Shown: piece after piece, positions 1 to 9,900 of the stretch | How positions within the stretch are numbered: position 1 is the stretch's first letter | How the letters are laid out: each line of letters opens with the position of its first letter | NCBI GenBank assembly: GCA_048938385.1 | Contig: JBHLMG010000009.1 | Span: forward strand, 31,076 to 95,075 | Source: Promethearchaeota archaeon | GTDB lineage: Archaea > Asgardarchaeota > Hermodarchaeia > Hermodarchaeales > Hermodarchaeaceae | Direction: 5' to 3' | Length of the DNA: 64,000 bases | Notes under the pieces: generated by a model | The model's input: the letters and a program-made list of their open reading frames with translations, nothing else | Databases searched by the model: none | Told to the model about the DNA's origin: nothing | Program-made: the position numbers and the translations under genes

Positions 1-1368
1 ATTGAGCCCCCACCGGGACTCCCAACCATCCGGCATCCAGTCCAGGTCAGTATCAGGGTTTCGTGGGTGGGTAAAAAGGGTGAATTCTTCTGCGTTTGTA
101 AGGGCATCCCCGTCTTCATCTCGTGCGGCGTCCGGTTGAGCTAGATTCAACTCGAACATTGACTCCCAGAAAGTAGGTAGTCCGTCATGGTCTGCATCTG
201 AATGATTAAGCATGACAGGAAGCATGGGGTCGCCTAGGCAAGTCATGCCGTAGCACCACTGAGGTGAATCGGGCATTTCCGGAGAGGGATAGACGGCTGA
301 TTGAAGCCATAATTGTAGTGCAGCTCCAAGCCCCCGCCCTTGGGCAAGCGTCTGAAAGAAGGTATTAAAATCGTACATACTTCCTGTTTTCGTAGAGCCG
401 ATGACCGCTAATGGTCCAGCGGAAGAGAACACATAAGCTCCTGCCAAATAGTTGGCAAATCGGTAGTCAGCTGCTGAGCAGGCAAAGAGGTTCGCAAAGA
501 GGATGGTACTCTGCAACGCGAAGATATCCTTCGAATACACATAGTCCCAACCTCCCCAGGCTTGGAAAGCATGCCGTGTGGGATTTGAGTGCGCCCCGAC
601 GAGGACAAACTCGTAACTCTGGTTCAGTTCTTGAAGATATGCCGCAGCAGATGAACCATCGGGTTCACGAATCAGCGTCCCCTCCGGGTATACCAAACTG
701 GCCTGAGTGTACCAAGTGGGGGCTAAGTAAGCCCAGTCGTCATCAATGAAGGTCAATACGCGTTGTGGGGCTCTTAGTGTTCCTCGCCGATACAACGAAT
801 TGCGGTGAAAATAGGATTGAAGCAATTCTGAAGCGTTTCCGAAATTATAAAGGGTAGTCGGTGAAAGGCGACCAAGGAAAATTTCTGGCTCAATATTCCC
901 ACCATGCCAATCCAGGATTCCGTCGGTATTCAAATCACCAAAGATGCCATCAAGGTCCATGAAATACAAATCAATGGGAAACTCTTCAAAACTCGCTCCA
1001 TCCTGTTGGCGAAATATTGGGGCTGAAAGGTTTCCAATAAGAAGACATCCAACCAGCCCGTTTTCATAATGTGTTTGAAGGCGTGAGCGAATGGTATAGG
1101 GCGTGGTTGCGTCGGGAATATACTCGATTAGTATCTGGAATCCCTGATATCCTGCTTCAATAGCAAAGCGTGACATGACCGTCCTGAGATCAGATTCAAA
1201 TTGTTCTTCGATGATGACCACAACGAGATTTTGTAAAGATTCAACAACCGAAGGTCGAGGAACACAGGGGACTGTAGGTGAAGGTGTGTCCACCGATAGT
1301 TGAATAATGGAAGCGTGTGAGCAAAGGAGAAGGAGAACGAACAATCCACTAACTGGTTTTACTAACAC
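1..1368 (-). CDS. Secreted gingipain/C25-like cysteine peptidase with TSP3-like Ca-binding repeats (partial, runs off the window's left edge)
   Basis: Manual translation (absent from the ORF track). Open frame from GTG at 1368 to position 1: hydrophobic N-terminus MLVKPVSGLFVLLLLC, GCLLIG, DLYFMDLDG, PEIFLGRL, candidate dyad GAHS...FACS, closing LGDP, then DADHDG/DEDGDALTNAEE/DTDLDWMPDGWE repeats. Confidence 0.75.
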   Translation of the reverse strand, partial: MLVKPVSGLFVLLLLCSHASIIQLSVDTPSPTVPCVPRPSVVESLQNLVVVIIEEQFESDLRTVMSRFAIEAGYQGFQILIEYIPDATTPYTIRSRLQTHYENGLVGCLLIGNLSAPIFRQQDGASFEEFPIDLYFMDLDGIFGDLNTDGILDWHGGNIEPEIFLGRLSPTTLYNFGNASELLQSYFHRNSLYRRGTLRAPQRVLTFIDDDWAYLAPTWYTQASLVYPEGTLIREPDGSSAAAYLQELNQSYEFVLVGAHSNPTRHAFQAWGGWDYVYSKDIFALQSTILFANLFACSAADYRFANYLAGAYVFSSAGPLAVIGSTKTGSMYDFNTFFQTLAQGRGLGAALQLWLQSAVYPSPEMPDSPQWCYGMTCLGDPMLPVMLNHSDADHDGLPTFWESMFELNLAQPDAARDEDGDALTNAEEFTLFTHPRNPDTDLDWMPDGWESRWGLN

Positions 1369-1465
1369 GAAATGCCCGCCCAACAATCTAATTCTCTCAC
1401 AAAACCAAAAATCTTCTGAAAATTGTTAATCTAAGCAATCTAGCATTCTTTAGCTCTACAAATTG

Positions 1466-1511
1466 GAAAAGAAAAGAAAAAAAGGGAGAGGAACGAGGGC
1501 AGAACGCCCTC
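1466..1511 (-). terminator. Hairpin plus U-rich tract downstream of the SPFH gene
   Basis: GAGGGC/GCCCTC stem (1495-1500/1506-1511) followed on the minus strand by a long pyrimidine/U tract, 9 bp past the stop codon. Confidence 0.55.
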
Positions 1512-1519
1512 AAAGTGAA

Positions 1520-2512
1520 CTATAATTTCTCTCCGCATTCACCGCAGAATTTACCCGATGCAGGAGCGCCACAATTTGGACAGAATTGCTTGGCTTTCGC
1601 TCGTTCATCAACTTGTTTTCGAATCACTTTTCCGCATTCGGAGCAAAACTTGGGTGGTTTGCCACCTTTTAGGGGCATAGCGGCTCCGCAGTGTGGGCAT
1701 GCAACATGGGTGACACCGGCTTCTTCAGGTCTTTGGGATTGGCGCATCATCTCGGCGAGTTGGGGAATGAGGACGATGCCGGCACCGGCCGCGGCTCCTC
1801 CTCCGCCGCCTTGACCGAGGGCTTCAGCGCTGCGTCGCATGGTTTCAGCAGTAAGGACTTCTCGACCGGAGACGCCTTGTACAGCGAAGAAGAGGCGTTC
1901 ACGGTATTCAGGAGAGGTGTCCATGCCCCCGAAGGCCATGTCAAGGAGTTTGAGGCCATATTCTTCGAACTTATCAGATAGGCGAGTCTTCGTCTTCATG
2001 CTGGTCTCATCAAGACGGGTCATTGCATTTTGAAGTGAATATCCGGAAAGTTCATCCATCGATAGTTCGACGAACTTTGATCGGATGAAGTTGGTCACAT
2101 CTTGCGTCGTGTAGTTTTCACCGGCTACAACTTCGTTCACAAAGACCTGTGGGTCTTCGATTTCGAACCAGAATTCACCGTGGAACATGAGGGGAGCTAG
2201 GTCACGGGTCTGTCCCTTGCCACCGAATTTACCTTGGAACTTGGTCATATTTATGAAAATCACTTCTGCGTTGAAGGGTGATTTTGGAAAGCCTGCAAGG
2301 CGGCGGACAATTCCTGTGAGGATGGGCACATTAGCAGTGGTCAACGTGTGACGACCAACACCCAGTACATCTAATGCTTTACCGTCTCGGTAGAAGATTG
2401 CGGCTTGATTTTCGCGCACGAGGCACTGACTACCCCATTTCACGAGGTCATTGGGCCACCGATAGACAAGGTCATCCTTGCGCATCCCTTTCCATTCAAT
2501 TATCTCTGGCAT
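1520..2512 (-). CDS. SPFH/band-7 domain protein with C-terminal double zinc ribbon (YdjI-like)
   Basis: GSQCLVRENQAAIFYRDGK and GRHTLTTANVPIL typical of this SPFH subfamily; C-terminal CPHCG..CSECG..CPNCG..CGECG; GGAGA SD-like motif. Confidence 0.85.
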   Translation of the reverse strand: MPEIIEWKGMRKDDLVYRWPNDLVKWGSQCLVRENQAAIFYRDGKALDVLGVGRHTLTTANVPILTGIVRRLAGFPKSPFNAEVIFINMTKFQGKFGGKGQTRDLAPLMFHGEFWFEIEDPQVFVNEVVAGENYTTQDVTNFIRSKFVELSMDELSGYSLQNAMTRLDETSMKTKTRLSDKFEEYGLKLLDMAFGGMDTSPEYRERLFFAVQGVSGREVLTAETMRRSAEALGQGGGGGAAAGAGIVLIPQLAEMMRQSQRPEEAGVTHVACPHCGAAMPLKGGKPPKFCSECGKVIRKQVDERAKAKQFCPNCGAPASGKFCGECGEKL

Positions 2513-2768
2513 GATTGGTTCTCCTCCTTCATCTGGAGGGGATAGAAGGTCTGTGCTGCCATTGGTGCGCAGCCTTTTGAACTTTACGACTTCTCTTCCA
2601 ATCAGCGCGAAGTTAATGCGAAAAGAACTATTCGAATTATATTCTGGCGAAAAACGAGGCGGAGATAACGGCTAGAGGGCATTTCTGAAGTTGCCACTAA
2701 TGGCTCGTTAAAAAGAGAGAAAAAAGGAAAGCCGCCCACTAAAGGCATCGAGTTGTTTAACCTAGATG

Positions 2769-3323
2769 CTAAACGACCTCAACACCCATAATGACTTGCT
2801 GACGTTCCTTCCACTTACGACTCATCGCTGAAACAGCTTTCCGCAGTTCCTTGATGTGGCCAAGCGCTTCATCTGCGTCCTCTTCAGCCAACCGTAGTAT
2901 GTCATCACAGCGCTGATCAAATGACTGCACATTTTCTGCAAACCATGCGTCAAACTGAAGCATGGTCTCAAGATCCTTCTTGTCAATATGAATCTCATCG
3001 AAGTAAGGTCTATAGCCGTACGATGCGTGTTCGATTTCGCTGATGAGTTTCTCGGTTCGGCTTGAGACTGAGTCGACAAGCGTGTAGGCTTCTTCGATCT
3101 CGTTCTCGACGACTACTGTTCGTATATCCTGGATTTTATCTTGGCTTTGTCGTAGCCGGTTGACGATTTGGTCTCGGAGAATTCGGTCAGCGTTTCGTCG
3201 TTCTTCCTTGATACGGTATCCTCGCCAACCTGGAACAAACTTCAAGATTTTCTGCATGAGCGTGCGTTCATCATCGACTTTTTCTAAAATTGATGGTTTC
3301 TTATCGTCTCCCAACGGGGTCAC
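2769..3323 (-). CDS. Conserved helical hypothetical protein (likely start TTG 3314)
   Basis: 184-aa charged, helical ORF with a VPGWRGYRIKEERRNADRILR motif; GAGGTGA SD precedes TTG at 3314; TATA-like TTTATAAG upstream. Confidence 0.7.
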   Translation of the reverse strand: MTPLGDDKKPSILEKVDDERTLMQKILKFVPGWRGYRIKEERRNADRILRDQIVNRLRQSQDKIQDIRTVVVENEIEEAYTLVDSVSSRTEKLISEIEHASYGYRPYFDEIHIDKKDLETMLQFDAWFAENVQSFDQRCDDILRLAEEDADEALGHIKELRKAVSAMSRKWKERQQVIMGVEVV

Positions 3324-3456
3324 CTCGTTGGTCCTTAATTAGGCATTGGGTTAAGGGCTTATAAACATGCGCCAGATATAGTCGATTCACCAGTTGGGCT
3401 ATCATCTCCTTGAAGATGTGAAGAATCAGTGTTTGAGCTGGGGCATGTTGTTAGGC

Positions 3457-4470
3457 TCAGCGTGCGGCTTCTGCGGCGGTTTTTCTAAACGCAAGATAAA
3501 TTGTTAGTATTGCCAGGATCAGTGGGATTATAGCTAGACCGAGGCTTGCATAGAAGAGACTGCCACCAGTTTGATAAGTCGTATACACCAGGTAAATACC
3601 AGCGATTCCAAGTAAGAACATAAACGCAGCTCTGATCCAGGTTACAGCTTTAAAGCCCGCCGTACGTGGGATCTGAGTGTAAAGCACTCGTCCGTTTGAT
3701 GCATCGAGAGCCGCTTCGTAAACTTTACCTTTATCACCGACAGTGAAGCGAATGTGGTAGATGGGGACATGGATGTAGGCGTGGTCGGTGACTTCAAAAG
3801 CTTCCCGAGCATCCTCGACCTTCACGGTTTCCCGGTTAATGCGTGAATAGATCATGTTTCGCGTGGTAGTAATCGCCTGTTGTCGTGCGGTTTCTTCTGA
3901 CACTTTTGAGAAGAGCACATTTCCGGTATGCTCCTTCACCTGCTCCAGATTGAAGAACTGACGCGACCGTGTAGCAATCGGGTAATTCGTAATCTCAGCC
4001 CGGGCTTCGGGTCCTGCATAGAGTCGAATGTGTCGAGTTTGTTCTTGATGACCTGATTCAGCAACCCATTCCCAATGAATGCTCGAGTATCGACCACCGG
4101 ATTGTCCACGAAAACTCGCCTTCCTATCGACACCACGATACGAGACATTACCGTGGACGGTGTACACCCAATAAGGATAGAAGGTCATGGACAGGTCTTT
4201 CAGGTTAATTAATTGCGCGAGTTCATCAGCAACACCAGGTACTTTGACTAGATAAGCTTTCAAGGTGTCAAACGCGTCTTTCTCCGTGTAGTTTACGGCT
4301 AGCGCAAAATGCTCCTTAAATTGAGAACCCTCTGGAGTGAAACTCGTACCACAATACGAGCATGTGATAATAGTGTCTGAGGGGTGGACTTCAAGGGTTC
4401 CTCCACAATTTGGACAGTGTTTCTTCGTCATTTTTTCTACACCTTTTTCATGGTTTTTGTGAGATTTCAT
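3457..4470 (-). CDS. Zn-ribbon membrane protein (YdjG-like), paralog 1
   Basis: N-terminal CPNCG..CSYCG, FYPYW and YIHVPIY motifs, two C-terminal TM helices; ATGA overlap with the upstream paralog. Confidence 0.7.
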   Translation of the reverse strand: MKSHKNHEKGVEKMTKKHCPNCGGTLEVHPSDTIITCSYCGTSFTPEGSQFKEHFALAVNYTEKDAFDTLKAYLVKVPGVADELAQLINLKDLSMTFYPYWVYTVHGNVSYRGVDRKASFRGQSGGRYSSIHWEWVAESGHQEQTRHIRLYAGPEARAEITNYPIATRSRQFFNLEQVKEHTGNVLFSKVSEETARQQAITTTRNMIYSRINRETVKVEDAREAFEVTDHAYIHVPIYHIRFTVGDKGKVYEAALDASNGRVLYTQIPRTAGFKAVTWIRAAFMFLLGIAGIYLVYTTYQTGGSLFYASLGLAIIPLILAILTIYLAFRKTAAEAAR

Positions 4471-5465
4471 TCGCGCTTCATAGAGCTCATTTTGAGTGAC
4501 TGAGCGGTTGCCACTGCGGCAATTATGAGGCTAATGATGGTCACGACAATAGCCAGAATCTCCAATCCCTGTGGAGCAAAAAGTTCTGCAATAAAGTAGC
4601 TTCCGATTGTTCCGATCGCTAGGAAAATGAGGCTGACAAAAAACATCACACCACGAAATGTACCTGATATCGGAACTTCGCCTTTGAGAACCTTCTTTGT
4701 GTGTCCATCGATCCCGACACGGTAGGTTTCCCCTGCAAATTTGTAGCGGGCTAGCCAATGGGGCACATGGAGAAGATAGGCGCCTGTTTTTCGAATCTGG
4801 CTATGGCAGTCCCAAATCTTGCTTGCCCTTGATTCCGCTCGTTTTCGATGATCCTCTGCTACGAAGGTTTCAGCAAGTTCGTAAGCATCGGGATCCGTCA
4901 ACTCGCTGTTCAAAAAGAGGGGCTTTGATTCAACCGCAGTGATTGCAGTATAATCAAAAGGTTTGATGTTCCCCTTGGTCACAGACAGTGCCTTGTCAAG
5001 CTCATCCTGACTGAAGAAAGTAGCTCCTCTACGACACAAGACATTGACTGAACGGTTCTCGTTGAAGTCACCGGTAATCGGTTCGTACTCGATTTTTGTA
5101 CGGCTTCGTCGATTTCCTTGGGAATCCGTGTAATATTCCGTTTCACGGTGTTCCTTGTACCCTTCGTAATGGGTGAGTGCATGCATCGTTTCAACCCAGA
5201 AGGGGACAAACCGTAACACAGCCTCAGTCACACGAGCCTTACCGCCTCGTCCCACCCATTCGGCGACCTTTTCTCGAATGTCAGCAGAATTTACGGTTGG
5301 TTCCAAGACGAAATGGTTCTCGATCTTCTCACCTTCAACCGTTGCAGTGAATCCACAGTAATTGCACACAATAACTACATCGTCGGGCGATACGGTGAGA
5401 GGAGCATTGCAGGATTGGCACTTTAACGCAGTCATGGTTTCAATAGGCTTAGTAGCTTCCACCAA
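4467..5465 (-). CDS. Zn-ribbon membrane protein (YdjG-like), paralog 2
   Basis: CQSCN..CNYCG, FVPFW and LLHVPHW motifs, two C-terminal TM helices; AGGAGG SD before TTG. Confidence 0.7.
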   Translation of the reverse strand: MVEATKPIETMTALKCQSCNAPLTVSPDDVVIVCNYCGFTATVEGEKIENHFVLEPTVNSADIREKVAEWVGRGGKARVTEAVLRFVPFWVETMHALTHYEGYKEHRETEYYTDSQGNRRSRTKIEYEPITGDFNENRSVNVLCRRGATFFSQDELDKALSVTKGNIKPFDYTAITAVESKPLFLNSELTDPDAYELAETFVAEDHRKRAESRASKIWDCHSQIRKTGAYLLHVPHWLARYKFAGETYRVGIDGHTKKVLKGEVPISGTFRGVMFFVSLIFLAIGTIGSYFIAELFAPQGLEILAIVVTIISLIIAAVATAQSLKMSSMKRE

Positions 5466-5612
5466 CTGCTTTCCTCCTTATTGCCTGACAATAGAGGGAT
5501 CGCCCTTAACTGTTTCCTCTCAAAGTGCTGACAAAAGGAATTCTTAGACTTTTTACAGGGCAGTAAGGAAGGCTGAAAAGGTCTGAATGGCTAGGCATGA
5601 TAGTGGTTAGTC

Positions 5613-6401
5613 ATGACAACTATCCGTGATGGCGATCAAGTGCTTTTTTATTTGGATTCTCGGCGTACATGGCTGCTCCGTGTTGAAGCTGGTAAATCCT
5701 TTCATTTGCATCGAGGAATTCTCCTTTTTGATGATGTAATAGGCCAACAATATGGGAGCCTCATTGCTACCAGCAAAAATGTCTATGTCGCAGCCCTTCC
5801 CTCGCTGCCTAGAGATCGCGCAATTAAGTTAGGTCGGAATACAAACATCGTATATCCTAAGGATGCTGGATTGATCATTATTTTAGCAGGAATTGGTCCT
5901 GGGTCAAAGGTGGTGGAGGCAGGAACAGGAAGTGGCGCCCTAGCATCGCTGTTAGGTTATCATGTTTCACCGAATGGACAGGTGTCTTCTTATGAAATCC
6001 GTGAAGATTTTGCCTTCACAGCCAAAAAAAACCTAGAAAAAGCTGGTTTAGCAGAACTCGTTAGCGTCAAACATCAAGATGTCCTTGAAGGGATTGACGA
6101 ACAGGATGTTGATGCTGTGGTCTTGGACTTGGCAGTTCCCTGGGAAGTAGTTGATCATGCCTACCAGGCGTTGCGTGGTGGGGGTGTTCTCGTATCCTTT
6201 TCGCCAACGATTGAGCAAACCCAACGAACAGTCGAAGCGTTGTATTCCTCGCATTTTATCGAGATTGAAACCCGAGAACTCCTTGAACGACAAATTCTTG
6301 TACGCACTGGTAAGACTCGACCCGCTACTCGCATGATAGGGCATACTGGGTATGTAACCTCAGCTCGAAAAGTCTATCCACCCAAAACTAAACAAGCTTG
6401 A
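5613..6401 (+). CDS. trmI: tRNA (adenine-N1)-methyltransferase
   Basis: TNIVYPKDAG, VVEAGTGSGAL SAM-binding motif, VLDLAVPW, MIGHTGY. Confidence 0.92.
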   Translation: MTTIRDGDQVLFYLDSRRTWLLRVEAGKSFHLHRGILLFDDVIGQQYGSLIATSKNVYVAALPSLPRDRAIKLGRNTNIVYPKDAGLIIILAGIGPGSKVVEAGTGSGALASLLGYHVSPNGQVSSYEIREDFAFTAKKNLEKAGLAELVSVKHQDVLEGIDEQDVDAVVLDLAVPWEVVDHAYQALRGGGVLVSFSPTIEQTQRTVEALYSSHFIEIETRELLERQILVRTGKTRPATRMIGHTGYVTSARKVYPPKTKQA

Positions 6402-6453
6402 TTAGAGCGATGTCGAATTCACTACTAGCAACCGGAGAATGTTAGGGGTCTAA

Positions 6454-6915
6454 CTAATCAAGACTAGCTCCACATCTATGACAAAAGCGTGCCTCAGGAG
6501 CCGGAACCTCTACTCCACATGACGAACAGTATTTCGAAGCATAGGTTCCAGCAGGTTGTTGACCGTTGGGAATAGCTTTGAGTACTGGATCGAGGAGTGA
6601 GTTATTCACGGAACGCTCGCCACCTCCGTGAGTAGGGCAGTGAATCTGAATTTTAGTCGTCAGTTTCAAGGTCCTCTGTCCAACGATGTCAACTGGTGAA
6701 CCACATTTACGGCATAGAAGTACATGTTCACGAATAAGATGGCTAACGGGTTCGTATTGGTCAAGGGGTAGGCGCCAGACGACTTCACTTCGGTGAACAG
6801 GGCAGAGCATGTAGAGAGCTACTTGGTTGGGTTTCGGTTTGCTGACGCGTGTGATAATTCGAGGTCGACCGCAATGGCGACAACTGAGTTTTTGTTGGGC
6901 TTCTTGGAGAGACAT
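6454..6915 (-). CDS. Multi-zinc-finger protein
   Basis: CRHC..CPVH, CRKC..CPTH, and C-terminal CSSCG..FCHRCG zinc ribbon. Confidence 0.7.
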   Translation of the reverse strand: MSLQEAQQKLSCRHCGRPRIITRVSKPKPNQVALYMLCPVHRSEVVWRLPLDQYEPVSHLIREHVLLCRKCGSPVDIVGQRTLKLTTKIQIHCPTHGGGERSVNNSLLDPVLKAIPNGQQPAGTYASKYCSSCGVEVPAPEARFCHRCGASLD

Positions 6916-7049
6916 TGGAGATCACGCTCTGAGTTCCATCTAAAACACAGGCTTTTAAACAATCGTAACGGTTCAAGAGTTGACTAATACCTTCTGAGAA
7001 ATCATTATCTAGATGTCTGAACCTTGCATTACCTATTGAGAGGATAAAA

Positions 7050-8036
7050 TTGATTTCGCATTCACCTTCTAAATCGTTACCTGTGACTCCCGTTATGGTA
7101 TTAGAAGCTAGAAAACGTTTAATGGGGATCACTATTCACACCCCTACTGAGCCCTCGGTAAACCTTACCAGTCTTGTGGGCGCTCCTATATCCGTTAAGT
7201 GGGAGTCTTTACAAAAAACTGGTGTCTTCAAGCTCCGTGGCGCTTACAATAAAATTGTTTCAATCCCTAAAGAAAAAGCGCGTAATGGAGTCGTCACTGC
7301 GTCTACGGGTAATCATGCGCTCGCAGTTGCCTATGCAGCTCAACAATGTGGAGTTGCAGCCACCGTTGTGGTCCCAGAACAAGCCTCTCAGTTAAAGGTT
7401 GACAAATGTCGACGCTATGGAGCAGAGATTATCAACTACGGCTCAAACTATGATGAAGCGGCGAAGTACAGTAACGAATTATCTCAGAAGATGGATGCCA
7501 CGCTTATTCACGCCTATGCGGATCCCCTAGTCATCGCTGGTCAGGGAACGGTTGGTGTTGAGTTACTGATGGATTCACCTAATACCGACATTGTGTTGGT
7601 TCCTATTGGCGGAGGGGGGTTGATTTCTGGGGTTTCACTGTGGGTGAAATCTGTGAATCCCAAAGCTCAGATAATAGGCGTTCAAACTACGGCAACAAGG
7701 GCCTTCTTTGAAAACTTCAAAGCTGGGCGCTTATTCCATGTGCCCATTGAACCGACAATTGCGGATGGATTAGCTGGAAACACAGCGCAGCTTAACCTCG
7801 AAGTGGGCTTCAAATTTGTTGATGATGTAATCCTCGTTGAAGAAGATGGATTACGGGAAGCCATTCGATGGACGCTTCTCAACGAACAGCGAGTCCTTGA
7901 ACCATCTGGAGTTGTGGGAATCGCAGCGCTTCTTCAGAAAAAGCTCACCATACCTCAGAAAGAACATGTGGTGGTTATTGCTAGTGGTAGTAACATCGAT
8001 CCACAGCTACTACGAGATATTTTAACAACCAAATAA
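7050..8036 (+). CDS. PLP-dependent threonine/serine dehydratase (no regulatory domain)
   Basis: LQKTGVFKLRGA (PLP Lys), STGNH, AGQGT, PIGGGGLISG, SGSN. Confidence 0.88.
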   Translation: MISHSPSKSLPVTPVMVLEARKRLMGITIHTPTEPSVNLTSLVGAPISVKWESLQKTGVFKLRGAYNKIVSIPKEKARNGVVTASTGNHALAVAYAAQQCGVAATVVVPEQASQLKVDKCRRYGAEIINYGSNYDEAAKYSNELSQKMDATLIHAYADPLVIAGQGTVGVELLMDSPNTDIVLVPIGGGGLISGVSLWVKSVNPKAQIIGVQTTATRAFFENFKAGRLFHVPIEPTIADGLAGNTAQLNLEVGFKFVDDVILVEEDGLREAIRWTLLNEQRVLEPSGVVGIAALLQKKLTIPQKEHVVVIASGSNIDPQLLRDILTTK

Positions 8037-8050
8037 GGGGGTCAAGTCAC

Positions 8051-8421
8051 CTAGTGGCGTGTTTCGCTTTTACATCCTAAGACATTGCCATCATAGTCAA
8101 TGAAAAACAACACAAACATCGCAGCATCGTATTCATGGATTCCACGAGTTATTGAGACTTCGTGTTACAGGAGGTATTTGAACGCTTCATCGATTTTATC
8201 AATATAGAACTAGATTTGGGGAATTTTGATCTCTTTACCTTTCTTATGCCTGGAGGGTTGTTCGCTTGGTGGGGGTGTAAGGGAATGCCTTTGGTGTTCA
8301 ATGTTACAAAGGATGAGTCGAACCCTTCAACTTCTATGCTCGGAACTTGTTTGTAAAACACAAGTGCTCTTTCTATGTCTTGAACATAGAAGGTAATTCC
8401 TCCAATCTGAGAGAAATTCAC
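8051..8421 (-). pseudogene. VOC/glyoxalase-family pseudogene
   Basis: N-terminal ITFYVQDIERALVFY. The C-terminal half continues in another frame with two stops: PQI*FYIDKIDEAFKYLL*HEV...FFIDYDGNVLG (DxDGN motif). Confidence 0.75.
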
Positions 8422-8424
8422 CTT

Positions 8425-9213
8425 TCACTTGGCACTTCTTATCTGGACCCCTTCAATCATCCAAGTGATTCCACGTTTACCCCAACGATATTTTCCTCGA
8501 CGTCGTGAGGAGCCCCCAATGAATTTCGTTAAAATTTCAATTGTTTTTTTATCAACGGTGATGATGTTGTAATTCTGACAGGGACTTCCTCGCAATCTAG
8601 GGCTTCCGCAGGTTCCCGAATAAGCTAATACCATGTTCTCAAGGCGCCATACCCAAGGATAATGTCGATGGCCGCTCAGCACTAAGGAGACACCCTTGTG
8701 CATCAACAGTTCCAATGTATCCCCTGCATCTAAAAGATTGTCTCGTTCACGACCCGACCGAGGTACGGGTACCAAATGGTGATGTAAAGCGATAACGCGA
8801 AGTAAGTCCTCATCGGCTTTTGAAAAGGTCTCATCAATGAAGTGGCGTCCTTCTCGACCTATATGGCCAGTATCTAAGTCTGGTTGTGAGCTATCCGCTG
8901 CGAGTAGAAACAAGCTTTCGTCTTCATGTTGGACAAATCGAGGACCAAAGAATTCCTCAAATGTCAGGTATCCTACATTTGAGGCATCGTGGTTACCCAT
9001 AGTCATTATGGTAGGGGGCTCAAGGTTTTGTAGTAGATCGCGAGCTTCAATGAATTGTTCACGGATCCCGTTCCAAGTTAAATCTCCGCATAGGACGACA
9101 AGATTGGGTTTGAGTTTGTTAATCTCGTCAATAGCTGCTACGACCATGTCATGTTTAAAGCCTGCTTCACCAACATGCACATCTGATATCTGAACAATTG
9201 TATATTTGGGCAA
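8425..9213 (-). CDS. Calcineurin-like metallophosphoesterase (Icc/CpdA-like)
   Basis: SDVH, GDLT, GNHD, HHH, GHRH motifs. Confidence 0.88.
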   Translation of the reverse strand: MPKYTIVQISDVHVGEAGFKHDMVVAAIDEINKLKPNLVVLCGDLTWNGIREQFIEARDLLQNLEPPTIMTMGNHDASNVGYLTFEEFFGPRFVQHEDESLFLLAADSSQPDLDTGHIGREGRHFIDETFSKADEDLLRVIALHHHLVPVPRSGRERDNLLDAGDTLELLMHKGVSLVLSGHRHYPWVWRLENMVLAYSGTCGSPRLRGSPCQNYNIITVDKKTIEILTKFIGGSSRRRGKYRWGKRGITWMIEGVQIRSAK

Positions 9214-9353
9214 TCGAAATCATCTCGGTTTTTTCCGAACATCTTCACTACCTAATATTAAGACATTCGTATCTGTTTTTTGAACGTAAGTACAGAATTT
9301 AAACCAACTGGCGATAATCTCGTCTGGCATAATATATACACTGGTGAATGTGA

Positions 9354-9761
9354 ATGGCACGATTTGGTACTTCCGAATGGATCGGGCAGTTTGTTACCAC
9401 TCTCAACAACAACGAAGCATATGCGGAGGCTGCTGAAACCTGGGAAGGGGACTTCCTCTTCATTGTTTGGCAAAACAAAGAAGCAGGCCTTGATGAAGAA
9501 ATCGTAATGTGGATGGACTTATGGCATGGAAAATGTCGTGACCATGCTATGCTCACAAATCGCACCGAAAAAGAGACCGCCTTTATCTATGAAGGCGAGC
9601 TCGCAAATTGGAAAGAGATCATCGAAGGACGTTTAGATCCCATTAAGGCGCTTCTAACGCGAAAGATGAAACTAACTGGTGACCGGGCAAAGGTTATGCG
9701 GGCTACTCGTGCCGCGAAGGAACTCGTTCGGACTGCTCAAATGATTAAGACCGAGTTCTAG
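9354..9761 (+). CDS. SCP2 sterol/lipid-binding domain protein
   Basis: WKEIIEGRLDPIKALLTRKMKLTGD, typical SCP2 C-terminal motif. Confidence 0.82.
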   Translation: MARFGTSEWIGQFVTTLNNNEAYAEAAETWEGDFLFIVWQNKEAGLDEEIVMWMDLWHGKCRDHAMLTNRTEKETAFIYEGELANWKEIIEGRLDPIKALLTRKMKLTGDRAKVMRATRAAKELVRTAQMIKTEF

Positions 9762-9900
9762 GTTAGTATTCGCTTATCAAGCCTGTTCATACAATGGGGG
9801 TTCCTATTCTTTTTTCTACAGGAACAACCAATGGTAGGGTAGGTTGGCTCTTCTCGGTTTCACCGAGGAAAGAATCTCATTCCTATGGAAGTTGTGTAGC

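Noticed and set aside
408-1349. ORF-track entries 408-608, 411-749 and 1128-1349
   Set aside because: Shadows of the long minus-strand C25-like gene
8160-8215. In-frame TAG in the VOC gene as pyrrolysine readthrough
   Set aside because: It is accompanied by a TAA and a frameshift, which indicates decay
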